Origin: Phoronis australis
Taxonomy: Eukaryota; Animalia; Phoronida
Length of the DNA: 64,000 nucleotides
Direction of reading: 5' to 3'
Assembly (NCBI GenBank): GCA_002633005.1
Contig: NMRA01000106.1
Coordinates: 353,655-417,654, forward strand
Positions 1-12,070 of the stretch are shown here, piece by piece; positions within the stretch are counted from its first letter, which is position 1; each line of letters begins with the position of its first letter. The position numbers and the translations under genes were made by a program. A model generated the notes under the pieces. The model was not told the DNA's origin. It was given only the letters and a program-made list of their open reading frames with translations, and did no database searches.

Positions 1-505
1 GACATTTCGGCACGTTTTTCTGAAAACAAAGGATATTGAGTTTGCAATGGATTAAACTGCCGTGGTTGTAATGTCCTCAAGTATGTAGGTTGCCCGAAAA
101 GTACTTTGGGCTTGATCATATGAGTTACAACACAAGTAAAAAGCACGCAAATGGTGACACGGTTTGACAAAAGGTCTGTGAATACTTAAAATGAGCCTAC
201 ACGTACATGTACATGTACATGTATTATCTTAATGAGACTTCAATAACGTGATGAGAATTGCTGATGTCACGAAACATGTACCTTTCAAACAGGGCAAAGA
301 CAATACTTTTCATTGGACATTTTACCCGCCAAAAGGACCCATTTCATGAAACTTGTTTGCTCTTCACTGCATAATTTGCAAAGATATGGCCAAATGAAGA
401 TAGCACCGTCTTTTACAATTGTTTAGGACTTAACTCAAAATTTCAATATTCATAAAAAAATTTTGATTAGTTTCATGAAACGGGCATTGCATCGTAGTAA
501 CTCAC

Positions 506-721
506 GGCGGCTCAATGGAATGTCGGACTGTTCTTGTGTGCAATCTTTCCCAATGCCCATGCAATGCCGAGTCTCGATATCGTTGCCACTGCACACCAAA
601 TGCTGAACGATCTGGCGACCGCTGTTCCTTGGAAGGCACTGGCGGATTCTGCTGTGGCGACCGATTCCACAGTCAGCACCACACGGAGTCCAGCCAAGCC
701 ATTCGGACCATTTGCCTTTTG
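506..721 (-). CDS. Exon 9: TSP1 repeat 4 (frame not in ORF track)
   Basis: KGKWSEWLGWTPCGADCGIGRHSRIRQCLP...CSGNDIETRHCMG; tttcag acceptor, gtgagt donor, 216 nt, phase 1-1. Confidence 0.88.
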
Positions 722-3700
722 CTGAAAGTAATTGTGATCATGTCTTTCAGAGTTGCACTGTTCACACTTCAACTCGATAGTTTTCGAAAGATTAATGTTA
801 TGTGACAGCTGAGAAAATGCACAATTTTGACTATTTGTGGAACACCATGTCTTGAAAATGGCCGATCGTATTCTACATGTAATGGCACTGTGTTAGGAAT
901 TGGTTTTAAAGTTGTCCTCTTTGGATGGATTCGACATGTCAGTCAAGCTAAGAATAACAGTCAATCGGGTAGTGGGAACATGTAATGCAGATTAACGATA
1001 TCCAGCGAACGAACGAGGAAAAAATCTAGTATCGCTGATAAAAGTTCATAGTACTCTTTGCGGCCAAATGAATACACGACTGGACTACCATTGACGAACA
1101 ATCTCAACGTGAAATAAATTTGCCTTCATCATTCGTTTCACAACTATTTTATTTAATTTTCTTTAAAAATATCTGACATGAATAACCAGTTTAAAAATGG
1201 AACACGGAAACGTGTCCATGCCAACAACCCAACGCACTTTACGCTAGCTCACCAGGGGACATTAAAAACAACTTTCAAATGCAATGCATTGCGCGGAAGT
1301 AGTGTTTGCCATCAAGCAATTTATGCTCAAGTACGAAAAAGTACCGGAGCTCCTAATCTTGTAGCCGAGAATAAGAGTAGAATACAACGTAAAGTGTCTG
1401 ATAGTGATCAGACATGAGCATGCATGAACACTGACGTGTCAATAGGCTGGCGAAGTCTATGCAAGGCATAATATCGTACAGTATATACTACTGCTTGAAA
1501 TGGCCGGTTCTGGTGTTCATTTTGATAATGCGGCTCTGTATACTGTAGTTTCTGTGCAGTGAACTCAAAAACAAATCGTAGCTACAGTGTACGAAACTTT
1601 TGATGCTGCGGTACTCTTGCTACACTGGCTTTACGCTAGTGAACCGTCGCCACGGTGACAACTGAAGGCGTGACTTGACTGTGTTTGTTGGAACTAGAAA
1701 TTAAAACTCGAGTTTTTGCTCGAAATTTCGACTTTCTCCTCGAGTTTGTAGCTCAAATCTAGGAGGCTATCAAGCGTGATCGTGGATAAAACATATGAGT
1801 GAAAGCCTTAGTATGCTCGGTTACAGAAATGACTTGTATCAAGTTCACCCAAAAGTAGAGCGGAAAAAGGCAGAAATGATTTCGAGTTCTGATGTCCTTT
1901 TTCACGAAATAGGCATCAAGAAATTTTTTATGTCTTTTTCACGAAATTTTATTAATTCAGAACTTATATCGATAACACTGCTCAGTGCGCATGCATGCAA
2001 TTTGCTTTTGAAAACAATAAAATAATCAAGATTTACCTGGACAAGGGCCTTTGAAGCAGGGTTTGGTTATAGCCAGAGTTTTCTTTTGACCGGTGGACGA
2101 TATACATACGGGCGATTGAAAGCATATTCGCATAGATTTGTGTAGGCCGTAGACGCCGCAAGAAACCGAACAACGCGTCCATGGAGACCACTCGGTGTGA
2201 AACATTCCTGGAATCATGGAGAACAGTTGGAGTTTCACATTGCAAATGATTTGACAAAGCACGCACGTGCTATGAAAATATTCAATGAACAAACGCAAGC
2301 TATATTACACCACATTATAGCCTTGAATGGTCAATACAACCGTGTAATAACCCATTTAGTTATCTCACTAGTGAGATAATATTTTGGCGGCAATCGAGGC
2401 CAGTTTCGAAACCGGTCCGCAAGAGTTTCGAGTCGTCGACTTTACCACTGCACTACTCAGAGGCTGACTTAGATGAGCACGCGCAACAATCGCATGTTCA
2501 GCAAAGGGCACCGACATTTACACTATGAAAAGTAAGACGCATAATTTCCATAAATACGATATTTTAATTTAGTGAAATTTATCTCTCATTTTCTCTCACT
2601 TGTAAATCACCGATCTCCAATTTGAAAGCGGGTATCGTGTCGTCGGGATCCTTCGACTTGAGCATTATACTCAGTTACCAGTGGTAACCTACTTTAGCAG
2701 ACTACATTTTCTCGGTCGAAGCTTAGAGTGATAAATATGTAGTAAGCTATAATAGTTGCTAAACCTTAATTTATAGATTTACTTTCTTTCCATTGTGTTT
2801 AAATTTTCAATTGGTTTTAGTAAAAGCATTATTTGAAAAAAAATAGCTCGGCTTTTCTAAAAGGTCACGACCTGCGACTCCGGGCCTCTGACATAGATGG
2901 TAGATCGATTCATTGCAATTGTACACGAAAAACCCCGTGCATTTAACAAACTATCTAGACAAGCATAAATATTTACTCAGTAAATGTGTATATTTTCTGA
3001 AAGTACAAAGGCTACGAATTTTGATTTTTAACTTTTTAGCAAACTTTTATTAATTGGGTCACGTGACAGTGTTTTTTAGCAAAATTTAGCAAAAGTAAAA
3101 GTACATTGATAGCAAAACAACGATATCAAACACACGATCAAATTTTATTTGAGATAAACGATCAAGGTAATATTTCAAAAACGTTGTAACGAATTTCTAA
3201 AATATTATTTCGTTTTCGTTTATCAACGTTAATGATTTTTTATAAAAATCATGAAAGTATTATATTTAATAGCTCATCATGCAAAAGCGGAACACTGTAA
3301 AAGAATTCCTAATTTTGCTTATGAGAATATGCATAAAGAATTAAATCTGCCGTTTCTGAGATATGATGTTCCAAAATTTGCCAAATTTGGCCATTTTTAT
3401 AGGGTCTTATATAACCTAGTCAGGGAAACTGAATAATGTTATCCCAACACAAAATCAACCAAAGAAATCAGTTATTTTGTAGTGTCAGCAATTGCAAGCA
3501 GTATTGTTTCACTTCAAGCTCAACACAATTATCACGCAAGAGATATTTTCTTCGGCTTTCATTGACTATTAGGTGCATACATTTTCACCAATTTCATTAT
3601 TTACAAAGGCATAGGAAGTCTGGGGTGCAGCCAACGAAAACAGTAGGCTTTCATAGGTTCTGGTTGTGTGGGTTATTTGACAAATTAGCAACCTGGCACT

Positions 3701-6700
3701 CCGATGCAATCGTGCCCGAAGCAAATGGCCTCTTCATAATGTGGCGGATCACAAGTAAACCCTCCATGCGCAGGCGCTGGATTGTTACATCGTCGTCTGC
3801 GCAACTTCCGGCCCTCACCACACCGTGCTGAGCATTCATCCCATGGTCCCCACTGCGACCACTTTCCATCAACTGTCAAAAGAAAAGGAAGACTGCTGTG
3901 AAAATAGCTCAAACTGTATGTTGTAGAGTGGGAAAATGTCGTGCATGTCGTTTTCCCCACAGAAGATCTCGCCTGCCACTTTTGGTATGTAATTGATACT
4001 TTCTCCGAGATATTATTAAGAAGGTACATCTAAAACTGGTAATAACAGATCAAATCACATGATAATCACAATTTGCTAAATACATCGGTAATGTGATACT
4101 TTGACAAGATGATTTTTGCGTAGGTGAAGTAGTGTTTCATCTAATTACAAGTGCACAGTACCAAATGCATAATGTAATGAAATTGACCGTGCTGTTTTGA
4201 GAATTTGATTAAGGTAATCTTGAAGTATTATATTTCTGTTTTTAGGATGAAACGAGTAGGACAACCTGCCTAGCACGCCAAAATGTTTTGTGAAGTTCAT
4301 TATTTTGCGCGCACATGCAACCCATCTGGTCATTGATTCTAACGTGTAATGTAGTGCTATCAGTTCAGTGGCTGAAATACCTCCTAGGTGATTTTGTTTT
4401 GAAAAGCGACATAAGAAAGCTGCAGCCAGTTTCAGAGGGCTAAAGACTTAACCGTTTAGTTTAAGTCGACTTTTAATACATGGTTTATTTCTTCAAGTTT
4501 CAAGAACTTACCTTGACAACCCGAGGCGTGCTTGTAACAGCTCAGCGCTGACCAGTAATGAGTCTGAAATTAATACGTATTCATGTAGTGCTTTATGGGT
4601 TATGCTGAGTGTGAAGAGGAAATGCTGTAGCAACGGTATATGAACGTATGTCTCAGGCAATATTACATACCCGTTTCATCAAAGGTCTTATGACCGATAG
4701 TAGCTAAGACGGTCGTACGTACTCACGTTAATGCAAAGGCGAAGTTGCGATTTTTTTAAGAAAACGTTAGAATTGACGCAAAAAAGAAGAACATTTTTCA
4801 CAATGAAACATTACGACCGTGTGAGCTAAGACTGTTCATGTAGTTGCGACCAGTGCTGTAGTGGTAAACTTAGAGGTAAGTAGGCGCCGAAAGCTCACAG
4901 TATGACCTTGATGACTGATGGCAAATTACGGTGAGTACGCGCTACGTTCAAATGTCAAAAGGTGGTTGGTTGCGACCTTTAATAAAACAGACCCACTTTC
5001 CCGCAAGGTGTCGGTCAACTCTACCTATAAATTCGGTTTTCAAATTATAGTTCCCAGCGTTATGTTTAATGGAGTCACGCTCTTCGCTTCCCTTTCCAGT
5101 AGCTCTATTAGGAATTCAATCACACACAGACTGCGCTTGTACAGTAGCAGTGCAAATGTTTGCTGCAACGAAAGAAACTCCCTCGCTAATAGCCAAGATG
5201 GCTCCATGTATGTTTCTAAGACAAACTATTTTAGTTTTGACACTAGGCAAACAAGAGTGGATGAGATTTTGAAATAAAATGATACAACTATGCAATCCAC
5301 TAGTATATCGCGAGTGCCTTGCAATTCAACCCTCATTGGGCCACATCAGAAAGATAGAACGAAGCACGCATCATGTGTTGTACAGTCGGCAATCAACACT
5401 CATGAGTGTTCTGGGCCGTAAGCGACAGAATTCTTATACAACTATTCAGTGACCACTTTTGAGGGGCAATATTGGTTTTGATATTTTTGATATCGCGAAG
5501 CATTGTCACTAATGAGAAAGAAATGCTCGTGTGTAAACATTTCCATGAAATTTGACTTTTGAATCTGGCTAATTCTGTAAATAAGTTATGGAATGCTAGA
5601 TTCTCATAAAAGATGATACTGCAAATAATATTTCAATAGGTTGGTTAAGTCAGCACAAAGTTCTTTTTAAGTTTTTCAAGTTAAATGCAAATTTAAGGCA
5701 AACTTCTGAAATTATGAGCGTTAACTGGTGGTGAAGTTAGGAACTAGGACATAGATAAAACCAGGAAAAGAGCGGCAACAGCTAGAGCGGCAACACCTGC
5801 TGTTTTTTCCATCGCTGGGTTCCCACAACAGGTTTTCTTACCGCCTCTCTTCCCGAAATCGTCTTCAGAACTCTCAGAAACGTGCAGTGGTTTTCGAAGC
5901 AAGCTTTCTTCAAGTCCGGATGCGCTATGTGGACTGTCTTCATCACTGCCAGGGCTTCAAGTTCAGCTTTATTGTCCCTCCCTAAAACAAAATAAAATTT
6001 ACGACAGCTGTTACAGCAAATTTCCTATAGAAAATCTACCTCAATTCTTTCATGGGATTATTGGAACACGCCTCATAAAGAGCTCGTTAACACAATGTGG
6101 AAATTTTGCAACCAACTTCTGAATATCGGGAAGTAGGTCGTTGCAATGAAAACTGAGATACAACGGAACTCATCTACATGTAGGATAAATGACGAGTCGC
6201 AAGTTTCAATTGATTTCCGTTAAGCTTTATGGTAAATGCATTAGATTAATACAACATTGTAAATAAACCTGTATGAGGTTACACCCTTAAATCTAGTAGG
6301 CCCTGGTGTGGACCCAGGCCAAAATAGGCTTACTTAAGATAACCAACAAGGATTGATAAGGAATGAAGCTGCAAATACTATTTCCACATGATTTTGTAAT
6401 TAGAAATGTATTGTACCAAATTGATAGTTGTGACCAGTTAATGTTACGAAATGATAGCAAATTGTTCACGGGTATAATTATGAAAATTTATGGTCAGAAA
6501 AAAAAACAGCATAAAACACACGATGATGATTACAATTCATTAGAGTTTATCAAACTTTGTTAAGAACGTTCCAACATCTGCAGTACATCAATTCAACACC
6601 TATACGTTACTTTTTAAAGTAAAATGCAGTTTTCTAAGAAAGAAATTGACCGCGCCAACAGTAAGCGATAAAGTAGGTGGTCCTATAATCTCCGGCATTT

Positions 6701-9700
6701 GTGCATAAAAATTTGTTTTTTACAAAAACGTGAGATTAAACCGCCAGGGGTTATGAAAAAAGGGTTGCTTGAGGATAGGTTACATGAAAGTTGAAATGAC
6801 AAGTTGCCGACTGGCATGGTCACGTGATGAAACGTTTGAAGCTACAGCCAATGTGGACAGGGAAAATGTGACGAGATGGCGATTACAAGGCTGTACACAC
6901 GATGTATTAACGTGTGACGTAAATATAGATCTGACACGTTGCTAGTTGAGTTTTCGCGTCTACGTGAGCAGAAATACGAAGTAGACACGATGATAAGCTA
7001 GCATATAGTTGGGTTAATACGCTTAACAATTACCTCTTGGGCATCGACCGAAGCACCCTTCCTCCTCTCGCTCAAAACCAGAGCACCTGTAGCCTCCGTA
7101 GGTTGGCGCAGGGTTGTCGCATATGCGTTTTCTCGTGCGTATACCGCGGCCACAAGGAACGCTGCATTTTGTCCAACCCGTCCACTGAGTCCAAGACCCG
7201 TCCACTGTAAAATGTCGGCAAACGTGTGTAGGAGCACACTTCCTGTAATGTCAGGAAACCCCTAACGCCAGCAGTTCATCAAAAAGAATCAGACATGTCA
7301 TAGGCGCGTCAATCACTTCGTACTTCATTAATGAATGCAACTGTGTATACGTTAAAATGTCAGCATCAATGTTCTAATGAACTGCAGAGCCTCGGGACGT
7401 CATATTAAAAAATTGCCAATCTTAAGCGTGTAGATGTTGCTCTGACTCATAATGGAAACTGAAAGAAACTAAACGTGTGTTTTTGTTGCAGACAAATACA
7501 GTGTAATCTAACCGTGAACTTATTCCCAGTCTCTCCCCGCAGTCTTGTTCTTATTTCTCCCTCTCCTTATTTGGAAAATTATAACTCCAGCTCAACGCTC
7601 TCTTTATATACACTGTAGGACTCTTCATACCTTTGAACCATGTTTATCTTACCTGGGCAAGTGTTTGGACGTTTGGTAAAAACACACTCATACGTCATCC
7701 ATAGCCGGTACTGAAATCAACCAGAAAACTCTTTACTTTGGCTCCTTTGATCATGGTCAAAAAAGCAGCCGAGTAAATGGTCACCTCGTAGCTTTTACTG
7801 CAGGAAATTACCAGACAATTTCTACCTGCTTTACGTTTTACTCCTATTTAAAATATATTTTTGTTACAAAACTATTGATTAAATATCTCAATTAAGTCGA
7901 AGGCGATGTGTGATTATACCATGCTGCCTTGCTTCGAATAGCTCTTCACACGCAGAGTGGTGTGCCGCAAGTCACGTAACCCATTCAGGGTATTCATTTG
8001 GTGTGTGCTCAGCTTACTCCAACTCAGTTAGTCAACTCGCCACTCTTCGTTTTCACAGAGCCCGTGAAATGATACAGTAAATAACATTTCAATGACGCAG
8101 CACTACCTTGTGTCACAGAGCCACATCTGGCAGCTGTTTCTAGAAGCCAGTCTATGGATAGCTTAGCTTGTTTGGCGAAATCAGGCTAAAGCTAATAGAA
8201 AATCTATCTACTGTTCAAAGCCAAAAGAAGGTAATTCGTAGCTTGCTTGGGATCAGACTAAAAATCAAAGTCAAAAGAAAAAGTATTAACTTTTGTCTAT
8301 ACAGTAGCATTTGAGAAACAGGCATCTTGGTGACATTACTACCCCTTGCTGTACGATAGGGATCAACATAAAGGTCAAACAGTAGGTCCATCATGGACAA
8401 GCCAAAATCGCAGAATTCAAACCCAAGAAAATCCTCTCAACGACAATGAAAGTTCCAGTTTGAGTGATCAGTCAACTCCATTTGGTGTATGGTTCTGTCA
8501 CGCCAATGCTAACTTGATGTATTGAGAACCGAAACAAAACATTCCTGGACCAGTCATTCAACAGATCATGCAACTTTTTCCGAAAAACATGCACAGTGTA
8601 GCCGCAGCATTTGTTTAAAACAAGAGAAGGCTAACGAATTATCAATTGTCTTGTTATGGTAGGCGTAAGTCTTCAGACGGTTTTGTCACGATCCCCATGA
8701 AAAATATTACGAAGAGGTTTTGATTTTTAAAGAGAATATATGAAAGTTAGGTATCCCATGGAATTGTCACTGATACCAAATGTATTATTACATAAATATG
8801 TATCTACGAATGAGCGGAAACAGCAATTTGTGATTAAGTACTCATAAATTCATGGTTGAACACGTAAGGACGGCTAGCGTATGCTTAAAGCTTATAAATG
8901 TTGGTTCTTATGGCCTCATATGTGACGATACGCCTATATAACCAAGATCCGTAGGCACATGTCTCTATACATCAAAACATTTGAGTAAAACGTTTTTGTG
9001 ACAAATATCATGTGAGCGAAATGGAGTTATCCGTTCTTAATGGTGTACTTTGACGTGTATATAAAATTGCTATAATAGTAATATATATGTGAAAGGCCTA
9101 AGAATGTTCAAAAACCGCACAGGCATAGAGAACCATTTTAGCAAATTTATCCTTGTAAAAACGCAATATTTCGCCTACGGTCGAAAAAGCCTCAACAGGT
9201 CATAATTTTTGATTGGAGAAATATACACTGTACATAAAAAGCTTATTGCAATTTTGTAAAAAATGAAGTGAATGGGTCTGCGGAAAAAATGAAAAATTAA
9301 AGTGGAGCTTGGACGCTAATTCCTTATCTCTGTGATTGCATGGTCGAATTAGTTAAAAACATAACATATAGCGACGATGTGAATGTGAAGTAAGTTGAAA
9401 ATTGACAAATATTTTTAAGAGTGAGTTTTGTGTCGAAAATGATCCGACGTAAATCATTCAACCGTATCCAGTAAGTATAGTGACGTGGGGATGGAGGAGC
9501 CACCAAGGTACGTCATTAGTTCAAGGGTCACCTGAATTTTTTGTTTTCACATTTAAGTTGTCAATGAATGAAACTCACTGCACTGTTTAGCGTAGATGAT
9601 GTTCAAATAGCATTGTCGTTTAGTTACTGCTACACATGAGCATAGTTAGGGGCATGCAAATACATCTTTAATTTTTTTACTTGTGTACACCAGCTTTAAA

Positions 9701-10677
9701 GTGTCTATAAGGTTCGGAACGCCTTGTGGTGTTTTTAAAATGAGTGTGCTACTCGTCAAAGTCTTTAGCACATGTGAATTGGCTCGTGTGTTCAAGATCT
9801 ATGTAACAGAATCTCTAACCTTTGATTCATCGTTGATTCTGGGACTTGTGAATTTGAACATAGGCGTGTCTCCAACCACGTCTTCAGAGTCACACATCTC
9901 GTCTACTTCTAGACATTTCTTGACGAATCGCTCTCGGTCGGCCTCGACGAAAAATGGCAGTATTTTATTCATCAACTCATAAGTTGAGTCTATACCTTGC
10001 GACGGATCATCTTTCAGAGAAAAAAAACGAGAGTAAGAGTTTTGGAGTCAATGAATATTTTTATGTACACATACATGTATAGGCCTACCTTGTCATGGTA
10101 ATGAAGACATTGGTTTAATTATGAGATACTGATCAACTCTTTAGGTTATGCTTGCGTCTCATCAACCGTGGATGGGAATAATAATGTCATTAGCTGATCA
10201 GCACTTCTTTAAGAACTGAAAGAATGCAAATTGTGTAACAACATTTGATTTGCAGGTAACAGACTATTGTTATCTTTGTTGGGACCTGTACAACTATTTA
10301 ATTGTCAGCGCCTGATTGGTAGGAACCGTGCACAACAGGACAACGTTTATTCTGTTTCAAGGTCCCCAGTGCAGATCTTCCCAGTTGTGTAACCTAAGAA
10401 TACTCCGGTGATGACGAATGGCGAGTCAACAAACACACTTACATGTACTGTACTTACACACTTTGAGATTACACTGGAAAAAAGGACACCACGTGGTGCC
10501 TGGGGGAATGCTGCATTGTGGGAGGAAAAGTAAAAAAAGTTTACCTCGCAAAACGCTCATTTCAATGACTAACCTTGAGCAAATTATTCCGGCGTCCACA
10601 AACAGGAATTACTTACCTTGTTCGAAAGTAATATGAAGTAGTACGAGGAAAAATAACAAAGATCTCCACGTGGTCAT
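506..10677 (-). CDS. Spliced gene, probably 3'-incomplete: secreted protein with signal peptide, Gla-like module, TSP1, Gla-like module, TSP1 x3 (at least 413 codons in window)
   Basis: Nine exons with GT-AG borders and compatible phases: 10617-10677, 9820-10010, 7653-7710, 7034-7204, 5842-5981, 4512-4563, 3693-3872, 2037-2207, 506-721. The joined frame has no stop. There are four WxxWxxW/CxxxCG/RxR TSP1 repeats. The last exon ends in a strong C|gtgagt donor. Confidence 0.85.
2037..2207 (-). CDS. Exon 8: TSP1 repeat 3
   Basis: EWSPWTRCSVSCGVYG...MRIC...KPCFKGPCP; 171 nt, phase 1-1, ttccag / gtaaat. Confidence 0.9.
2385..2460 (-). pseudogene. Degenerate tRNA-derived (SINE-head-like) remnant
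   Basis: Minus strand GTAGTGCAGTGGTAAAG...GACTCGAAA...GGTTTCGAAACTGG gives A-box-, anticodon-loop- and B-box-like blocks with broken stems. Confidence 0.4.
3693..3872 (-). CDS. Exon 7: TSP1 repeat 2
   Basis: VDGKWSQWGPWDECSARCGEGRKLRRRRCNNPAPAHGG...; clear acceptor. The donor (CCAG|gttgct) is weak, so the 3' border is less certain. Confidence 0.9.
4512..4563 (-). CDS. Exon 6: aromatic-stack-like exon THYWSALSCYKHASGCQ
   Basis: atttcag acceptor, CAAG|gtaagt donor, 52 nt, phase 0 to 1. Same W..C..C pattern as exon 3. Confidence 0.78.
5842..5981 (-). CDS. Exon 5: second Gla-like module (...HPDLKKACFENHCTFLRVLKTISGREA)
   Basis: ttgttttag acceptor, GCG|gtaaga donor, 140 nt open, phase 1 to 0, L-x3-C-x4-C-x-F pattern. 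Confidence 0.75.
7034..7204 (-). CDS. Exon 4: thrombospondin type-1 repeat 1
   Basis: VDGSWTQWTGWTKCSVPCGRGIRTRKRICDNPAPTYGG...; 171 nt, phase 1-1, ttttacag / gtaatt. Confidence 0.93.
7653..7710 (-). CDS. Exon 3: aromatic-stack-like exon YRLWMTYECVFTKRPNTCP
   Basis: tttcag acceptor, CCAG|gtaag donor, 58 nt, phase 0 to 1. The phase-1 reading hits a stop. Confidence 0.75.
9820..10010 (-). CDS. Exon 2: first Gla-like module (...LPFFVEADRERFVKKCLEVDEMCDSEDVVGDTPMFKFTSPRINDESK)
   Basis: Poly-T tract plus aag acceptor, 191 nt open in phase 1 to 0, donor AAG|gttaga. It supplies the phase change needed by the next exon. Confidence 0.7.
10617..10677 (-). CDS. Exon 1: ATG and signal peptide MTTWRSLLFFLVLLHITFEQ
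   Basis: ATG at 10677, hydrophobic core, phase-1 donor CAAG|gtaagt. Confidence 0.8.
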
Positions 10678-11452
10678 TCTGCTCTCTGACCTCTTGTCCT
10701 TTCGACTTTTTCAACAATTACATACCTCTTGCTTTAGCTGAAATGTGTTCGTTTATGTGATAACGTTTAGTTACGTTTGGCGTGATGTCACTGACGGGTC
10801 AAGAATCCATTACACCCAAAGCACAAACATTCACCATAGCAACAAACATGATTTGGATCACGGTTTAATTCCTTCTTTTAATTTTCAATCTGAAATTACG
10901 ATTTTTGTTAAAGCAAATTCAGTATTCATTATTATCTTGTCAGTCAACTCGAAGCCAGCCACCAGGAAGAACATGAACTAAAGGATCTTTTCCCTTAGCA
11001 TCAAGCCATGGATATTTAAGATATTGTGGAGCTTGGTGCGAAAAGGTAATAAAATGATAACATAATAAGGGAAATGGAAATGTGTTGTTGATGTTGTTTT
11101 ATATCCAATAAAAAGACCACCTTTTTTAAAGTATGATCTTGAAAAAATTAACGCGAACTATGCGGATTTATCTCAAACTAAAAATAAGTCTTTTCTCATG
11201 GCCTGGGACTGATGGCTGGTACAGTAAGGCCCAGGACAAGCCATTATGAATACAGTTAGCGTGCACTACTTTTTTGGACATGGTAAGCCAAATCGAATTT
11301 AACAGAAAGATACCAGAGGATGCTAAGAATAAAAACGCAAACAACTTCATGAATGGTTTGCTGTTCATCCGGCTTTCCAATGTTTACTGAATACCATGGC
11401 TTGCCGGGACATGTAAATACATAAACACAAAACGAAGGTTGAACAAAATACA

Positions 11453-11520
11453 CATGGACGGCGCACCACAGGGGGCTGGGGAGGCTATAGCCCCCCTTTT
11501 TCAGTGTTGCGTCGCCCTTG
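11453..11520. mobile_element. Short GC-rich palindromic MITE-like element
   Basis: catggacggcgca...gggggctgggg...tgcgtcgcccttg has terminal inverted repeats. A related copy is split between 41831-41870 and 42299-42334. Confidence 0.6.
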
Positions 11521-11696
11521 ATACATGTAGTCTATGGAAGCGTTGTGGCAGTTGTTATCTACAATATAAAAAGTGCTTCGCCAGTAATCATCCAGAAATA
11601 TGGCTGCTAAATTCGACCTCTTTTCTGAAGTCTGAAATTATTTAAAATCCAATTTGCAACGTACATGGAGGTCAAACATTGGAAGAAAGACAAGAG

Positions 11697-12070
11697 AATA
11701 TATTTCAGAGGTACCTTAGAATCATACGCAGGAACATCGCAGCTTACGCATGAACCACCTACAAACGTAAGAATCATGCTTACAAGCCCATGATTCATGC
11801 ATACGAACCCAAAAATCACGCATACGAACAATAATGCGCATGAACCACAAAAAGCACACATCAGAACACATCATACCCAGAACCATCAAATCACACGCAA
11901 CTGAAGAGCACACTTTTTACGTTTGGTGGTTCGTGCCTATGATTCGGATGCCCGTGCGTATGACTTATGTTCGTCTGTGTGATTTGTGAGGCTCGTGCAC
12001 ATAATTTTTGACCAAATGCATGATTTTTGGGTTCGTATTCATGATTTTTAAGTGATTTATTGAAATATAT
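11697..12070. repeat. Fold-back element built from short GCATACGAACC-like subrepeats that flip orientation near 11905
   Basis: gcatacgaac/gcatgaacc units on the left, gttcgt units on the right, imperfect inverted ends. Confidence 0.55.

Noticed and set aside
512-805. ORFs 512-772 (-), 515-805 (+) and 534-725 (+)
   Set aside because: Off-frame or antisense shadows of the TSP1 exon at 506-721, which lies in a different minus frame.
9683-9982. 99-aa plus-strand ORF
   Set aside because: Antisense shadow of exon 2.
9996-10010. Apparent 15-nt microexon (DDPSQ) ending at CAAG|gtatag
   Set aside because: Its phase-1 end cannot join the phase-0 exon at 7710 without a stop. The frame stays open to a phase-0 donor at 9820, so the longer exon is preferred.
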